Source: an uncultured candidate division Zixibacteria bacterium (lineage in GTDB: Bacteria; Zixibacteria; MSB-5A5; GN15; PGXB01). From it: DNA of 64,000 bases. The notes under the pieces were generated by a model. That model saw nothing but the letters and a program-made list of their open reading frames with translations. It did no database searches and had not been told where the DNA came from. Position 1 is the first letter of the stretch; each line of letters opens with the position of its first letter. Where the stretch lies: the NCBI GenBank assembly GCA_963702205.1, contig OY969724.1, positions 1,504,001-1,568,000 on the forward strand, written 5' to 3'. A program made the position numbers and the translations under genes. Below are positions 39,816 to 49,761 of the stretch, piece by piece.

Positions 39816-42557
39816 ATGCGTTTTATAAAATTTCCCGACTCCCGATTAATATTCCCTGTTGTTGTGCTAATTCTGCTTTTTCAGACAGCGACGGCGGCCG
39901 ATCTGGCCGATAGAATCCATCGCCACGAACAGCGAATTTTCGTCCCGACAACCAACGAAAGAACAACTCCTGATATTAGGACCATCGGAATCACCGCTTC
40001 CGGCTCCGACGATATACAAATCTCTGAGTCAATAGCCCCGGCATCATTTACGCAAAATAATTCATCCATAGCTAAACTCTCCGGTGATAGAGTAATCGTG
40101 GTCTGGGAAGATAATCGTAAGGGGACAGAAAGCATATTCGGTCAGGTGTTCGGGGCCGACGGCAACCCGTCCGGCGGTAATGTCCTGTTGGCATACAGCA
40201 CCGGCGGTTATGATTTCGTCGAACCGACAGCGGTGTCCGACGGCGCCGGTGGATTTTATCTTGCCTGGCGTGTCAAGGAAACCGGAGATATATATGCCGC
40301 GCGGTTCGGAAGCGACCTGTCCGTATTGACCCCGGCTTTCAATATCACCAATAATTCCGGGTCGAGTTTTGCCGGTCCCTTCAATATCGACGTCGGACTC
40401 AACAGCAAACTGATCGTGGCCTGGGAACGCTACGACGGCGGCAATTTCATCGCTCTTCGCGTTTTCAATTCTTCGGGGTCGGCCATCAGCGGGACTATTA
40501 TTGTCAACGACGACGGCGGAACCACCAGCCACTGGGTGCCGGACGTCGCGGTTTCCGGGACCGGGACGATGATGGTCGTATGGGAGGATTATCGTAACGA
40601 CCGGGCCGATTTAATGGGGCAGATCATAAACAGCAGCGGCATACCGGATGGAAGCAATTTCGGTTTGGTCGACGCGGCTTTTGACGAATACAATCAATTT
40701 TTGCCGTCAGTGGCTTTTTCACTAAGAGACGGCTTCGCGACGGCCTGGCTCGACAATCGCGCGGCAAATCAGGACGTGTACTTACAGAGATTCGTGGTCG
40801 GATTGAATCTGGTCGGGGGAAATGTCAAAATATCCGAAACCGGCAATACATATGATAATTGGGACGCCTGCCTCGCGGTCAATTCCGCTTATGATCTTAC
40901 AGCCATATGGTCGACCGATGAAGCCTCCGACCGCGCCCTGGCTCGCAATTTCACGACCAATTTCGCAGTTTCCGGGGTTCCTTTTGCTCTCAATATCCTG
41001 CAGTCAGGATCACGGTGGAGCCCGGCTTTGGGTTTCGGGCAGTTTGACCGGATTTTCTGTTCCTGGACCGATATGCGAGGCGGCCTGTCAGATATATACC
41101 TCGGGCACTCCACGTCGTCGGGGACGCTGCTTTATTCGTCCGATAAACTGGTCAATGCCGACGGCCAGGGGGCCAATTCTTTGGAACCGGATATCGCTCT
41201 GGCCGGATCGAACATAAGTGCCATCACTTTCACCGATCAGCGGAATGATTACGGCGATGTGTTCGTACAGTTGGTTGATTTCGGCGGGAACCCGATCGGT
41301 GCCAATCTGAAAGCCAATTCTGATAACGCCGGTTGCCTTCAGGATGAACCGGCAATAGCCGCGACTTCAAGTAAAATTATAGTCGTATGGAACGATTCAC
41401 GGCCGGTCAAAGGTATTACCGGCAACCGAATTTTCGGGCGGTTTCTCGGTACCGATGGAACCTGGCTTGGCGATGATTTTCTGATTTCCGACAGCCTCGA
41501 TGTCTCGGCTAAGCAATCACCTGACGTGGCGATGGCTTCCGACGGCAGCGCGATGGTTGTCTGGGAAAATTACCGCAATGGTACACCTCACATATACGGT
41601 CGTCTGTATGATGCATCCGGAGACGCAGTGGGCGAAGAATATGCGATCTCAACGGTCGGAACGGACATTGATAATGTTAAGCCCTCGGTTAGTGTCGACG
41701 GCTCAGACAATTTCACGGTCGCCTGGGTTGAGCACGGCAATCCGGCCGGGACCGTCGCCGATTTTGCGCGATTCAATGTGTCCGGCGGCTCCCTCGGACG
41801 CTTTGAATATACGGGGGATATTGACGCAATGGACGCGGTTGTCAATTCGGACGGGGATATATATATCCTCTGGACGGAAAATTCTTCGGCCACGGATTTA
41901 TATCTGACGGTTCTTGACAACACCGGCGCGGTCATAAATCCGTATTTACCGGTGACGGGTTTGACGGATGCTGCACCGCAAAATCTATCGGTTTCGGTCG
42001 ATAATCAGGACGTCGCTCTTCTGACCTGGACCGACGCCAGAATCAGTCAGCGACGGGCTTACTACCAATTAATTGCGGCCAATTATAACCGGATCGGGGG
42101 TAATCTGGTGGTCACCGATTTCTTTGGCGGCGCAGTTTTATCCTCGCGCATGGTCGGCAACGACGCCACTGCCCGACTGGTCTGGTGCGATAACCGCAGC
42201 GACGGTTTCAATGTCTATATGCGCCGGGTAGCCTATTCCACGACCGCAGTGGGTGATGATGATATCGCGACTCTCCCCGATCATTTCCAATTAATGCAAA
42301 ATTATCCCAACCCGTTTAATCCGGCGACGACCATACAATTTTCTCTTCCCTCAAGAACTGCGGTCAAATTGGAAGTCCTCGATATTCTCGGCCGTCATGT
42401 CCTGACCCTGGCAGATAGAGTCTATGAGGTCGGGGACCATGTAGTTGACTGGAATGGCCGGGATTCTTCTGGCAGAATCGTCCCCAGCGGTGTATATTTA
42501 TACCGTATGAAGGCCGACGGTCTCACCATCAGCCGCAAGATGATGCTTCTTAAATAA
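39816..42557 (+). CDS. Large secreted beta-repeat protein with C-terminal FlgD-Ig/T9SS type A sorting-like domain
   Basis: Signal peptide; repeated 'VWED.R.....IYG..F'; C-terminus 'L.QNYPNPFNP.T.I.FSLP...PSGVYLYRM...RKMMLLK'. Start is 39801 (GTG) or 39816. Confidence 0.88.
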   Translation: MRFIKFPDSRLIFPVVVLILLFQTATAADLADRIHRHEQRIFVPTTNERTTPDIRTIGITASGSDDIQISESIAPASFTQNNSSIAKLSGDRVIVVWEDNRKGTESIFGQVFGADGNPSGGNVLLAYSTGGYDFVEPTAVSDGAGGFYLAWRVKETGDIYAARFGSDLSVLTPAFNITNNSGSSFAGPFNIDVGLNSKLIVAWERYDGGNFIALRVFNSSGSAISGTIIVNDDGGTTSHWVPDVAVSGTGTMMVVWEDYRNDRADLMGQIINSSGIPDGSNFGLVDAAFDEYNQFLPSVAFSLRDGFATAWLDNRAANQDVYLQRFVVGLNLVGGNVKISETGNTYDNWDACLAVNSAYDLTAIWSTDEASDRALARNFTTNFAVSGVPFALNILQSGSRWSPALGFGQFDRIFCSWTDMRGGLSDIYLGHSTSSGTLLYSSDKLVNADGQGANSLEPDIALAGSNISAITFTDQRNDYGDVFVQLVDFGGNPIGANLKANSDNAGCLQDEPAIAATSSKIIVVWNDSRPVKGITGNRIFGRFLGTDGTWLGDDFLISDSLDVSAKQSPDVAMASDGSAMVVWENYRNGTPHIYGRLYDASGDAVGEEYAISTVGTDIDNVKPSVSVDGSDNFTVAWVEHGNPAGTVADFARFNVSGGSLGRFEYTGDIDAMDAVVNSDGDIYILWTENSSATDLYLTVLDNTGAVINPYLPVTGLTDAAPQNLSVSVDNQDVALLTWTDARISQRRAYYQLIAANYNRIGGNLVVTDFFGGAVLSSRMVGNDATARLVWCDNRSDGFNVYMRRVAYSTTAVGDDDIATLPDHFQLMQNYPNPFNPATTIQFSLPSRTAVKLEVLDILGRHVLTLADRVYEVGDHVVDWNGRDSSGRIVPSGVYLYRMKADGLTISRKMMLLK

Positions 42558-42586
42558 TTGCTCTTTTCATGGGAAGGAGGGAGCCC

Positions 42587-44800
42587 GTGCGGATAAAAAC
42601 TTCCGGTGCAGTCATCGGATTGTGTCTTATTATAGCGATTTCATCGGCAGCACAAATACCGTTAAATACAACCCCGTTTTGGGAGTCTTATGAGACCGAC
42701 CTGAATCATACCGGCATGGTCTGGCGGGATTGCAATAATGATGGGTATATAGATATTTTCGTCTCATCGGGGAACGACATAACCCTGGCTCCAAACCTGG
42801 TTTATGTGTCCAAATATGGAGTAATTCCATCTGCTGCGACGTGGTCATCGCTTAACAACGAATACTCCGGTCATTGTTCGGTCGGTGATATCAATGACGA
42901 CGGTTTCCCCGATTTCGCGGTGGCCAATTATATCAGTTCGGCGGGTTTCGACTATCCCACCGTCTCGACTATGTACTATAACAACGCCGGGGCGCTGAAT
43001 CGAAACCCCGACTGGCGTAATACTGACAGCATGTATACCTTTTCGTGCGCGCTGGGGGACGCCGACGGTGACCTCGATTTGGCTCTCGCCACGGGTGAGC
43101 CGTACAGCGGGATATTGGAAAAGGACAGGATATATTACAACGTCGGGGGTGTCCTTCAAACGACCGCCGGATGGCAGAGCACATACGCAACGGCTGGTAT
43201 GGACGTGGTATGGGCCGACCTCGACCAGAACGGCTATCTTGATTTGGTAATGGCTTTATTCGATGGAGTTGGTGTGTACTATAATTATGGCGGTACCCTT
43301 GAACCGACGTTTTCTTACCACTCCAACGACAACCATGAAGTCAATACCGTCACGGTCGGCGATATCAACGGCGACGGCTGGCTTGATCTGGTCGCGGCCT
43401 TTAACAATCAAATATCGACTGACGGACATTTCCGTGTGTATTATAACGACGGTGCAGGCAATATCGATCCCGATTACGGCTGGCAGTCGGCCACCGAAGG
43501 TTACGGTTCGGCGGTGGCTTTGTACGACGTGGATAACGACGGCGACCTCGATCTCGCCGCCGGGCGATGGTGGGACAGGCCGCGCCTTTATGAAAATATC
43601 GGCGGGACATTCACGTCGACACCGGTCTGGACCGCCAACCTGTCAACCGTGGTCGAAGAACTGGCCTGGGCCGATGCCGATGGCGACGGCGTCGAATACC
43701 TGGCCGACACTCTTTTTAATGCCGGCAAGCATACGTACTATGCCAGCCGGTCGCCCCTTCAGACGATAGATTCGGTTTTAGTGGATGGCATGGTGCTCGA
43801 CATATCGCAGTACTGCACCGATCCGATATTCGGATGGGTGTCGGTGGCGACGGTGCCGAATGACAGTATCGTTATATATTATCAGTATTCATATAAAAAC
43901 GATCTGGCTTTGTCCAATTGGGATACATCGAATATGATCTACGGCAATATCGCCAAACCACTGGTGGATTTTTACGCCGATACTGCTTTCGGATTTATTC
44001 CCCTGCCTGTGCAGTTTACCGACAGCTCGGTGGGAGCGTCTTCGTGGAACTGGCAGTTCGGTGACGGGACGGGCGCAACCGTGGCCGATCCCATGAAAAC
44101 GTATAACACGGCGGGGGCGTACGATGTTTTTCTGGAGACGACCCTTCCCGACGGTTACCATAACCGGAAACAGAAGAAGATGATCGTAGCGTTAGCCGAT
44201 ACTATCATGATTCCGCAGGTCGAGGCCGTGGACGATACGGTCTCGTTTTCGATATATTTAAGAAACAGCCAGCCGGTGGAAAAACTGGTGCTGCCGCTGG
44301 TTTTCGCGGGTGATGCCCATCTCGAATATGTCAGTCACGATTCGATCGGATGTCGTACGGAATATTTCGACAAGGTCGATCTGACGACGCTCAGCCCCAT
44401 TTACAGCAAGATGACTTTTACTTTGCAGGCCAGCATTTTCGATCAGAACCCGCCTTTGGCGCCGGGGTATGGGCCGATTATAAACGTCAAGTTTCATCGC
44501 GCGGGCGGCTCGGGAATCAATGTCATGGATACGACGACACTCAATGGCAAGTCGCTGAACGTCGACGCCGGTTATGTCCAGTATCAGCCCCGAATTATTA
44601 CCGGGCTGGCTATTACCGGAGGTCTGCAGAGAGGCGACGTCGATCATAATGGCACCCTCAACCTGCTCGACATTCTGACAATTATTGATTTTCTATATAA
44701 CGACGGCACGCCGGTGGGCAGTTATGAAGGCGACGTCAATGCCGACGGGCTGGTAAATCTGATTGATATTCTGATGCTGATAGATTTGGTTTATGGTTGA
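42587..44800 (+). CDS. Secreted FG-GAP repeat + PKD + cohesin-like + dockerin type I protein
   Basis: FG-GAP 'GDINGDGWLDL'; PKD 'VQFTDSS....WNWQFGDG'; paired 'GDVDHNGTLNLLD' and 'GDVNADGLVNLID'; GTG start after an AGGAGG RBS. Confidence 0.85.
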   Translation: MRIKTSGAVIGLCLIIAISSAAQIPLNTTPFWESYETDLNHTGMVWRDCNNDGYIDIFVSSGNDITLAPNLVYVSKYGVIPSAATWSSLNNEYSGHCSVGDINDDGFPDFAVANYISSAGFDYPTVSTMYYNNAGALNRNPDWRNTDSMYTFSCALGDADGDLDLALATGEPYSGILEKDRIYYNVGGVLQTTAGWQSTYATAGMDVVWADLDQNGYLDLVMALFDGVGVYYNYGGTLEPTFSYHSNDNHEVNTVTVGDINGDGWLDLVAAFNNQISTDGHFRVYYNDGAGNIDPDYGWQSATEGYGSAVALYDVDNDGDLDLAAGRWWDRPRLYENIGGTFTSTPVWTANLSTVVEELAWADADGDGVEYLADTLFNAGKHTYYASRSPLQTIDSVLVDGMVLDISQYCTDPIFGWVSVATVPNDSIVIYYQYSYKNDLALSNWDTSNMIYGNIAKPLVDFYADTAFGFIPLPVQFTDSSVGASSWNWQFGDGTGATVADPMKTYNTAGAYDVFLETTLPDGYHNRKQKKMIVALADTIMIPQVEAVDDTVSFSIYLRNSQPVEKLVLPLVFAGDAHLEYVSHDSIGCRTEYFDKVDLTTLSPIYSKMTFTLQASIFDQNPPLAPGYGPIINVKFHRAGGSGINVMDTTTLNGKSLNVDAGYVQYQPRIITGLAITGGLQRGDVDHNGTLNLLDILTIIDFLYNDGTPVGSYEGDVNADGLVNLIDILMLIDLVYG

Positions 44801-45552
44801 AAGGGATAGAAGAGGGCCGAGAAATCCTGGAAGAAATGGGCGATAATGCACGGCCAAAGGCTGCCCGTTTTAATAAATAACACTGCGAAAAAAGCCCCGT
44901 AAACCGACATCATTATAAATCCACCCAGCCCCTGATAGCTGTGTCCGGAACCGAAAATTATCGACGCCACGAATATGGGCAGAATCCAGTTGCGGTTTTT
45001 CCCAAGAATACGCATGCGGGTAATCAAATAGCCCCGAAAAGCGACTTCTTCGCAGACACCGGCGGTCAGAGAAAGCACCACCCAGAATACTCTTTCAATC
45101 CCGGTTCGCGGCAGCAGAAATTCTATTTCGCCGGGAATGGGCAGGCCGACTCTGGTCAAAAAGAGTGATAAAAATGTCAAAAACAGGTTGCTGACCAGAA
45201 GAAACGCGATGGCATAGAGGAAATCCATTAGCCTGATGCGCTTGAAGCCGATCCCCCGCAGACCGGTCTCTTCGCGGTAGGCTGTGAAGTGTATCAGCAG
45301 AAACAGAAACCACTGGGTGATGATGGTGGGGAGATAGACTAGAAGTATCGGAGAGAGGGAAATGGTTTTGAGCACTTCTTTGGGATTGCCGACCATTACA
45401 ATCGATGCCACCGGCCAGATTATCATGAGAAAAGCGAGGGTAATGTAGGTCAGGCGGCTGGTTCGGAAATGAGCCGGAAGCGGTTCGGGAGGCGAGGGCG
45501 CGACGGGCTCATAGTCATAGGGGTTATAATTGTCCCGGTTGAATTCTTCCAA
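44791..45552 (-). CDS. CPBP (Abi/CAAX) intramembrane glutamic protease
   Basis: 'EEVAFRGY', 'FGSGHSYQG', 'GSLWPCIIAHF'. Confidence 0.93.
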   Translation of the reverse strand: MEEFNRDNYNPYDYEPVAPSPPEPLPAHFRTSRLTYITLAFLMIIWPVASIVMVGNPKEVLKTISLSPILLVYLPTIITQWFLFLLIHFTAYREETGLRGIGFKRIRLMDFLYAIAFLLVSNLFLTFLSLFLTRVGLPIPGEIEFLLPRTGIERVFWVVLSLTAGVCEEVAFRGYLITRMRILGKNRNWILPIFVASIIFGSGHSYQGLGGFIMMSVYGAFFAVLFIKTGSLWPCIIAHFFQDFSALFYPFQP

Positions 45553-45554
45553 GG

Positions 45555-45767
45555 TCAGATTTGTCCGTCATTGGTCCTTTTTTGCTTGCGGAATAAAGAA
45601 CCTATCAATAAAGCAACGCCAACTATTATTAAAATGCCCGGCCAGCTTCTGCCCCAGTTGGGGAGCACGCCGGTGTTGATCAGAAAAAACAGGGTCCCCA
45701 GTCCGATTAATATTACACCGCCTATAATGGTCCCGCTGCGATCTTCAGACGATTTATGCTGCGACAT
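45555..45767 (-). CDS. Small 2-TM protein, DUF5668/LiaI-LiaF-like
   Basis: 'GVILIGLG.LF.L.N....WP.ILII.GV.LL'. Confidence 0.82.
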   Translation of the reverse strand: MSQHKSSEDRSGTIIGGVILIGLGTLFFLINTGVLPNWGRSWPGILIIVGVALLIGSLFRKQKRTNDGQI

Positions 45768-45870
45768 AAGAATCCCTCATTTTTGGCCGTATGGCTTTCC
45801 AATAGTGATATTTTTTATTAACTTAATTAATACGACGGGCAAAAGCACATAATTTTTGTCCAATTTTGAC

Positions 45871-46632
45871 ATGACCATTGCGCTGCAAAAAAATATTATC
45901 TATGGCCCGGTAAATTCGCGGCGGCTGGGAAAATCTCTGGGGGTAAATCTCCTGCCGCCGGATATGAAGCTGTGCCCTTTTAACTGCGTCTATTGCCAGT
46001 ACGGATACACCTCACCGGCCGGTTTTGCGTTTAATTTCGACCGTGATAAGCTGCCGGGCATTGAAGATATTAAGGCGGCCCTTATAAATGGGATAGAATC
46101 TCATCCGAAGGTATCATATATCACTTTTTCCGGAAATGGGGAGCCGACTATCCATCCCGATTTTCCGGATATTGTCGATGCGGTAATAGAAATACGGGAC
46201 AAAACGATTCCGCACGCACGCACGGCGATCTTATCGAATTCGGCCACAGTTTCCGATGCCAATATTATATCAGCCTTGAATAAACTGGACCGCCGCTTTA
46301 TGAAACTCGATTGCGGCGATGAGAGGATTTTCCGCCGGTTCAACCGGTGTCACAAGAATGTCACATTTGACGGTATCATTTCCGGCCTGAAAGATATGCG
46401 AGATATTGTAATACAGTCACTCTTCGCGGGCGGCAGTCACGGAAATACGACCGATGAAAACATCGAAAGCTGGATAGATAAAATCGGGCTCATAAAACCG
46501 GTCGAATGCCATATATATTCATTGGATCGGGGCCCGGCTGACGGCAGCCTTGTTAGGCTAAATCGCAGCGCCCTCAATAAAATCAAAGAAGCCGCCGAAA
46601 GTCAAACTCAAATCCCCGTACATGTCTTCTAA
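45871..46632 (+). CDS. Radical SAM protein (COG0731/TYW1-like)
   Basis: 'YGPVNSRRLGKSLGVNL', 'CPFNCVYCQ', 'ITFSGNGEPT'. Confidence 0.92.
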   Translation: MTIALQKNIIYGPVNSRRLGKSLGVNLLPPDMKLCPFNCVYCQYGYTSPAGFAFNFDRDKLPGIEDIKAALINGIESHPKVSYITFSGNGEPTIHPDFPDIVDAVIEIRDKTIPHARTAILSNSATVSDANIISALNKLDRRFMKLDCGDERIFRRFNRCHKNVTFDGIISGLKDMRDIVIQSLFAGGSHGNTTDENIESWIDKIGLIKPVECHIYSLDRGPADGSLVRLNRSALNKIKEAAESQTQIPVHVF

Positions 46633-46650
46633 TATCACATGATGTGATAT
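46632..46650. promoter_or_regulatory. Perfect palindrome, candidate operator
   Basis: ATATCACAT-G-ATGTGATAT. Confidence 0.55.
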
Positions 46651-46744
46651 AAGCCGTGCGGTATATTCGCCAATCTGCGTGACCGGCATATGTTTTGAAA
46701 TCTGCTCATCATTCCGTTGCTTTCATGCAAAAAAGGAAATTTGC

Positions 46745-47260
46745 ATGGGCACACCGAGGATTATATACCAAAACTGGATTGTCGAAAACGGGGCCGACCC
46801 GAATAAGGTCCGCCGTGCAGCCCCACAAGATGACCCGGTTATCCCCAACGCCGAGATTGTCAAGGCGGTCAGGCTGGCATTGAAAAAACTACCACCGCTT
46901 CAAAAGGAACTGGTCGAGCGGTTTTATTTCGTGGGCCTTACTATTGAGGAAATCTCTGGTTCTCTGGATTTAAGCGTCCGGGACGTGCAGGCGTTTCTTC
47001 GAGACGCCGTGAGATCGCTTAAGAGGTCATTGACTTCCTTTGTGGAGAAAAAGTTCGGGGTCGCGGCGGCCAAAGTGGCCGGTTGTCCCTTATGCGCCTC
47101 ATCGTTCAGGGATGAAATCGACCGGTTGATTTCCGCGCACAAGCCTCGTCAAACGTGGAGCAGAATAATCAAAACGCTCAGGATCGAGTACGGAATTCAT
47201 ATAATCGCCCCTCAAATTTTGATAAGCCATAAAAAATACCATATAAGAAAGGAGATTTGA
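46745..47260 (+). CDS. Sigma70 region-4-like HTH protein fused to a CxxC...H...H putative zinc-binding domain
   Basis: 'ALKKLPPLQKELVERFYFVGLTIEEIS..L.LS...V......A...L', then 'CPLC...R.EID.LI....HKKYH'. Confidence 0.75.
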   Translation: MGTPRIIYQNWIVENGADPNKVRRAAPQDDPVIPNAEIVKAVRLALKKLPPLQKELVERFYFVGLTIEEISGSLDLSVRDVQAFLRDAVRSLKRSLTSFVEKKFGVAAAKVAGCPLCASSFRDEIDRLISAHKPRQTWSRIIKTLRIEYGIHIIAPQILISHKKYHIRKEI

Positions 47261-47261
47261 A

Positions 47262-47513
47262 ATGCCGTCCCAAAAAAGAAATCCGGCCCGGGGAGAACAT
47301 TGTATCAATGTGTTTGTTTCCTTTGAATTAAAGGAGCAGCTCAAAAGTCTGGCTCAGCGCTATGACCGAACCCTGGCCGACATGGTGCGCGCCGTGCTTA
47401 TAATCGGCATTCCGGTTATGGAGGGAATTTCCGAAGCCGAAGAAAAAATGGTCCGCGAATATGTCAGGCTTTTTCGCAAATTTCGGAAGATGAAAGAAAT
47501 AAAGGATTTATAG
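47262..47513 (+). CDS. Ribbon-helix-helix (CopG-like) protein
   Basis: 'INVFVSFELKEQLKSLAQRYDRTLADMVR'; RBS AAGGAG. Confidence 0.72.
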   Translation: MPSQKRNPARGEHCINVFVSFELKEQLKSLAQRYDRTLADMVRAVLIIGIPVMEGISEAEEKMVREYVRLFRKFRKMKEIKDL

Positions 47514-47530
47514 CGGTTGCGGATTTTAGC

Positions 47531-47559
47531 TTGAAATAAACATCGAATTTAGGTATAAT
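47531..47559 (+). promoter_or_regulatory. sigma70 promoter of the lpx operon
   Basis: TTGAAA-N17-TATAAT. Confidence 0.72.
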
Positions 47560-47579
47560 CAGCGCCACAGGAAAAAATC

Positions 47580-48971
47580 ATGTACGAAAAGCAACGCACT
47601 ATCAAAGCCCCGATATCCATGGAAGGAATCGGGTTACATACGGGCAACGCCTCCCGCATGACTTTCAAGCCCGCCCCGGAAAACAGCGGCGTCCGCTTTG
47701 TCAGGGCCGATTTGCCGGGGGCGCCTTCGGTTCTGGCCAATATCGATTTCGTGGTCGATATCGCGCGGGGTACCAATCTGGCCGATGGCGACGCGAAAGT
47801 CTATACCGTGGAGCATGTTCTGGCGGCGGTCGCGGGTCTTCAAATGGACAACTTGATTGTCGAACTGGATTCCAACGAGCCTCCGGTGGGCGATGGTTCG
47901 GCGCTGCCATATGTCGAAAAAATCCTCGAAGCGGGCATAGAAACCCAGAATGCCGACCGGCAATATCTCGAAATCGATACTACCCTGTCGTATTCCGAGC
48001 CGGACCGCGCGGTCGATATTGTCGTGACACCGTCGGATACTTTTCGCATAACTTTTCTGATCGACTATAAGAATCCCGCTCTGGGGACACAATACACGAC
48101 CCTGATCGATCTGGACAGCGAGTTTGTCGATGAATATGCGCCGTCCCGAACCTTCTGCTTTTTATCCGAAGTGGAGATGCTCAAAAATCAGGGGCTGATC
48201 AAAGGCGGCGGACTGGACAATGCCGTCGTTATTTATGACAGCGATCTGGGGCAGGTCGAGGTGGACCGTATTCAGAAGGTGCTTAATCTTAAAGAAAAAG
48301 CCTTTGTGGGCAAAACCGGCATTATCAATGATATTCAACTGCGGTTTTATAACGAGCCGGTGCGTCACAAAGCGCTCGATCTTATCGGTGATCTGTTTCT
48401 GATCGGGGTTCCGATCAAGGGACATATTTTGGCGGCCCGTTCCGGCCACAAGGCCAACGTGGCGCTGGTGCGCAAGATCAAGGCGCTATACGAAAAGAAA
48501 AAGATAATTCGGCGTTTTCAAAAATCTAGTACCGCGCCGGTGCTCGATATCAACGGCATTATGAAAATTATGCCGCACCGCTACCCGTTTTTATTGATAG
48601 ACAAAATTCTCGACCTGGAGCCGGAAAAGAGCGTGATCGCGATGAAGAACGTGACGTTCAACGAGCCGTTTTTCCAGGGGCATTTCCCGGGGCACCCGAT
48701 TATGCCGGGAGTGCTTATTGTGGAAGCGATGGCCCAGGCGGGCGGAATACTGCTTTTGAACGCCGTCGAAAACCCGGAAACCAAGCTTGTCTATTTTCTT
48801 TCGATAGATAATGTCAAATTCCGCCGGCCGGTTATGCCCGGCGATACTCTGCGTTTCGAACTGGAAATGCTCACCTTCCGCCGGGGCGTATGTAAAATGC
48901 AGGGAAAAACTTATATAGGCGATACACTCGTAACCGAGGCGGACCTTATGGCCAAGGTTGTCGATCGATGA
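47580..48971 (+). CDS. lpxC: Bifunctional LpxC-FabZ
   Basis: 'GIGLHTG', 'TVEHVLA', 'RHKALDLIGD'; FabZ 'PHRYPFLLID' and 'FQGHFPGHPIMPGVL'. Confidence 0.97.
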   Translation: MYEKQRTIKAPISMEGIGLHTGNASRMTFKPAPENSGVRFVRADLPGAPSVLANIDFVVDIARGTNLADGDAKVYTVEHVLAAVAGLQMDNLIVELDSNEPPVGDGSALPYVEKILEAGIETQNADRQYLEIDTTLSYSEPDRAVDIVVTPSDTFRITFLIDYKNPALGTQYTTLIDLDSEFVDEYAPSRTFCFLSEVEMLKNQGLIKGGGLDNAVVIYDSDLGQVEVDRIQKVLNLKEKAFVGKTGIINDIQLRFYNEPVRHKALDLIGDLFLIGVPIKGHILAARSGHKANVALVRKIKALYEKKKIIRRFQKSSTAPVLDINGIMKIMPHRYPFLLIDKILDLEPEKSVIAMKNVTFNEPFFQGHFPGHPIMPGVLIVEAMAQAGGILLLNAVENPETKLVYFLSIDNVKFRRPVMPGDTLRFELEMLTFRRGVCKMQGKTYIGDTLVTEADLMAKVVDR

Positions 48972-49741
48972 GTCAGATTCATCCAACCGCGATCATAGAC
49001 AGCTCGGCTCAACTGGGTGATAATGTTTCGGTTGGTCCGCATGCGATTATCGAAGCCGATACGAAAATCGGGGACGACGTCGTCATCGGGGCCAACTGCC
49101 TTGTGGCTCAATACACCGAACTTGCCAATGAAGTAAAACTTTTCCACGGGGCGGTGGTCGGCACGGTTCCGCAGGACTTGAAATTCGAGGGTGAAAAAAC
49201 TCGGCTGGTGATCGGTGAAAAGACGGTTATCCGCGAATATGTTATGCTCAACCGGGGTACTCACGACAAACTTCAGACCGTCATCGGCTCCAACTGCCTT
49301 TTAATGGCTTATTCGCATATCGCTCACGATTGTATCGTGGGGGACAATGTCATTCTGGCCAACGCGGTGAATATCGCGGGGCACGTCGAAATCGGCGATT
49401 ACGCCATAATCGGTGGCGTCGTGCCAGTGCATCAGTTCGTAAAGATCGGTGCTCATACGATGATCGGCGGCGGGTTCAGGGTGCAGCAGGACGTCTGTCC
49501 TTATGCACTTGTAGCGGGATATCCTCTCAGGGTTGCCGGGCTTAATTCGATCGGGCTGAATCGTCGCGGTTTCCCCAAAGAGACCGTCAAAACACTCGAA
49601 AAGGCCTTCAAAATATTATTCTTCTCCAGGCTCAATACCTCGCAGGCCGTCGAAAAGATCAGAAGCGAAGTTGAGATTATTCCCGAAGTGCAGGAGGTTC
49701 TTGACTTTTTCAAGAACTCTGTACGGGGCGTGATCAAATAG
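48968..49741 (+). CDS. lpxA: Acyl-ACP--UDP-N-acetylglucosamine O-acyltransferase
   Basis: 'IHPTAII', 'PQDLKF', 'HIAHDC', 'HQF', 'GLNSIGLNRRGF'. Confidence 0.97.
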   Translation: MSQIHPTAIIDSSAQLGDNVSVGPHAIIEADTKIGDDVVIGANCLVAQYTELANEVKLFHGAVVGTVPQDLKFEGEKTRLVIGEKTVIREYVMLNRGTHDKLQTVIGSNCLLMAYSHIAHDCIVGDNVILANAVNIAGHVEIGDYAIIGGVVPVHQFVKIGAHTMIGGGFRVQQDVCPYALVAGYPLRVAGLNSIGLNRRGFPKETVKTLEKAFKILFFSRLNTSQAVEKIRSEVEIIPEVQEVLDFFKNSVRGVIK

Positions 49742-49761
49742 AGTTTGAATCGAAACTGCCC

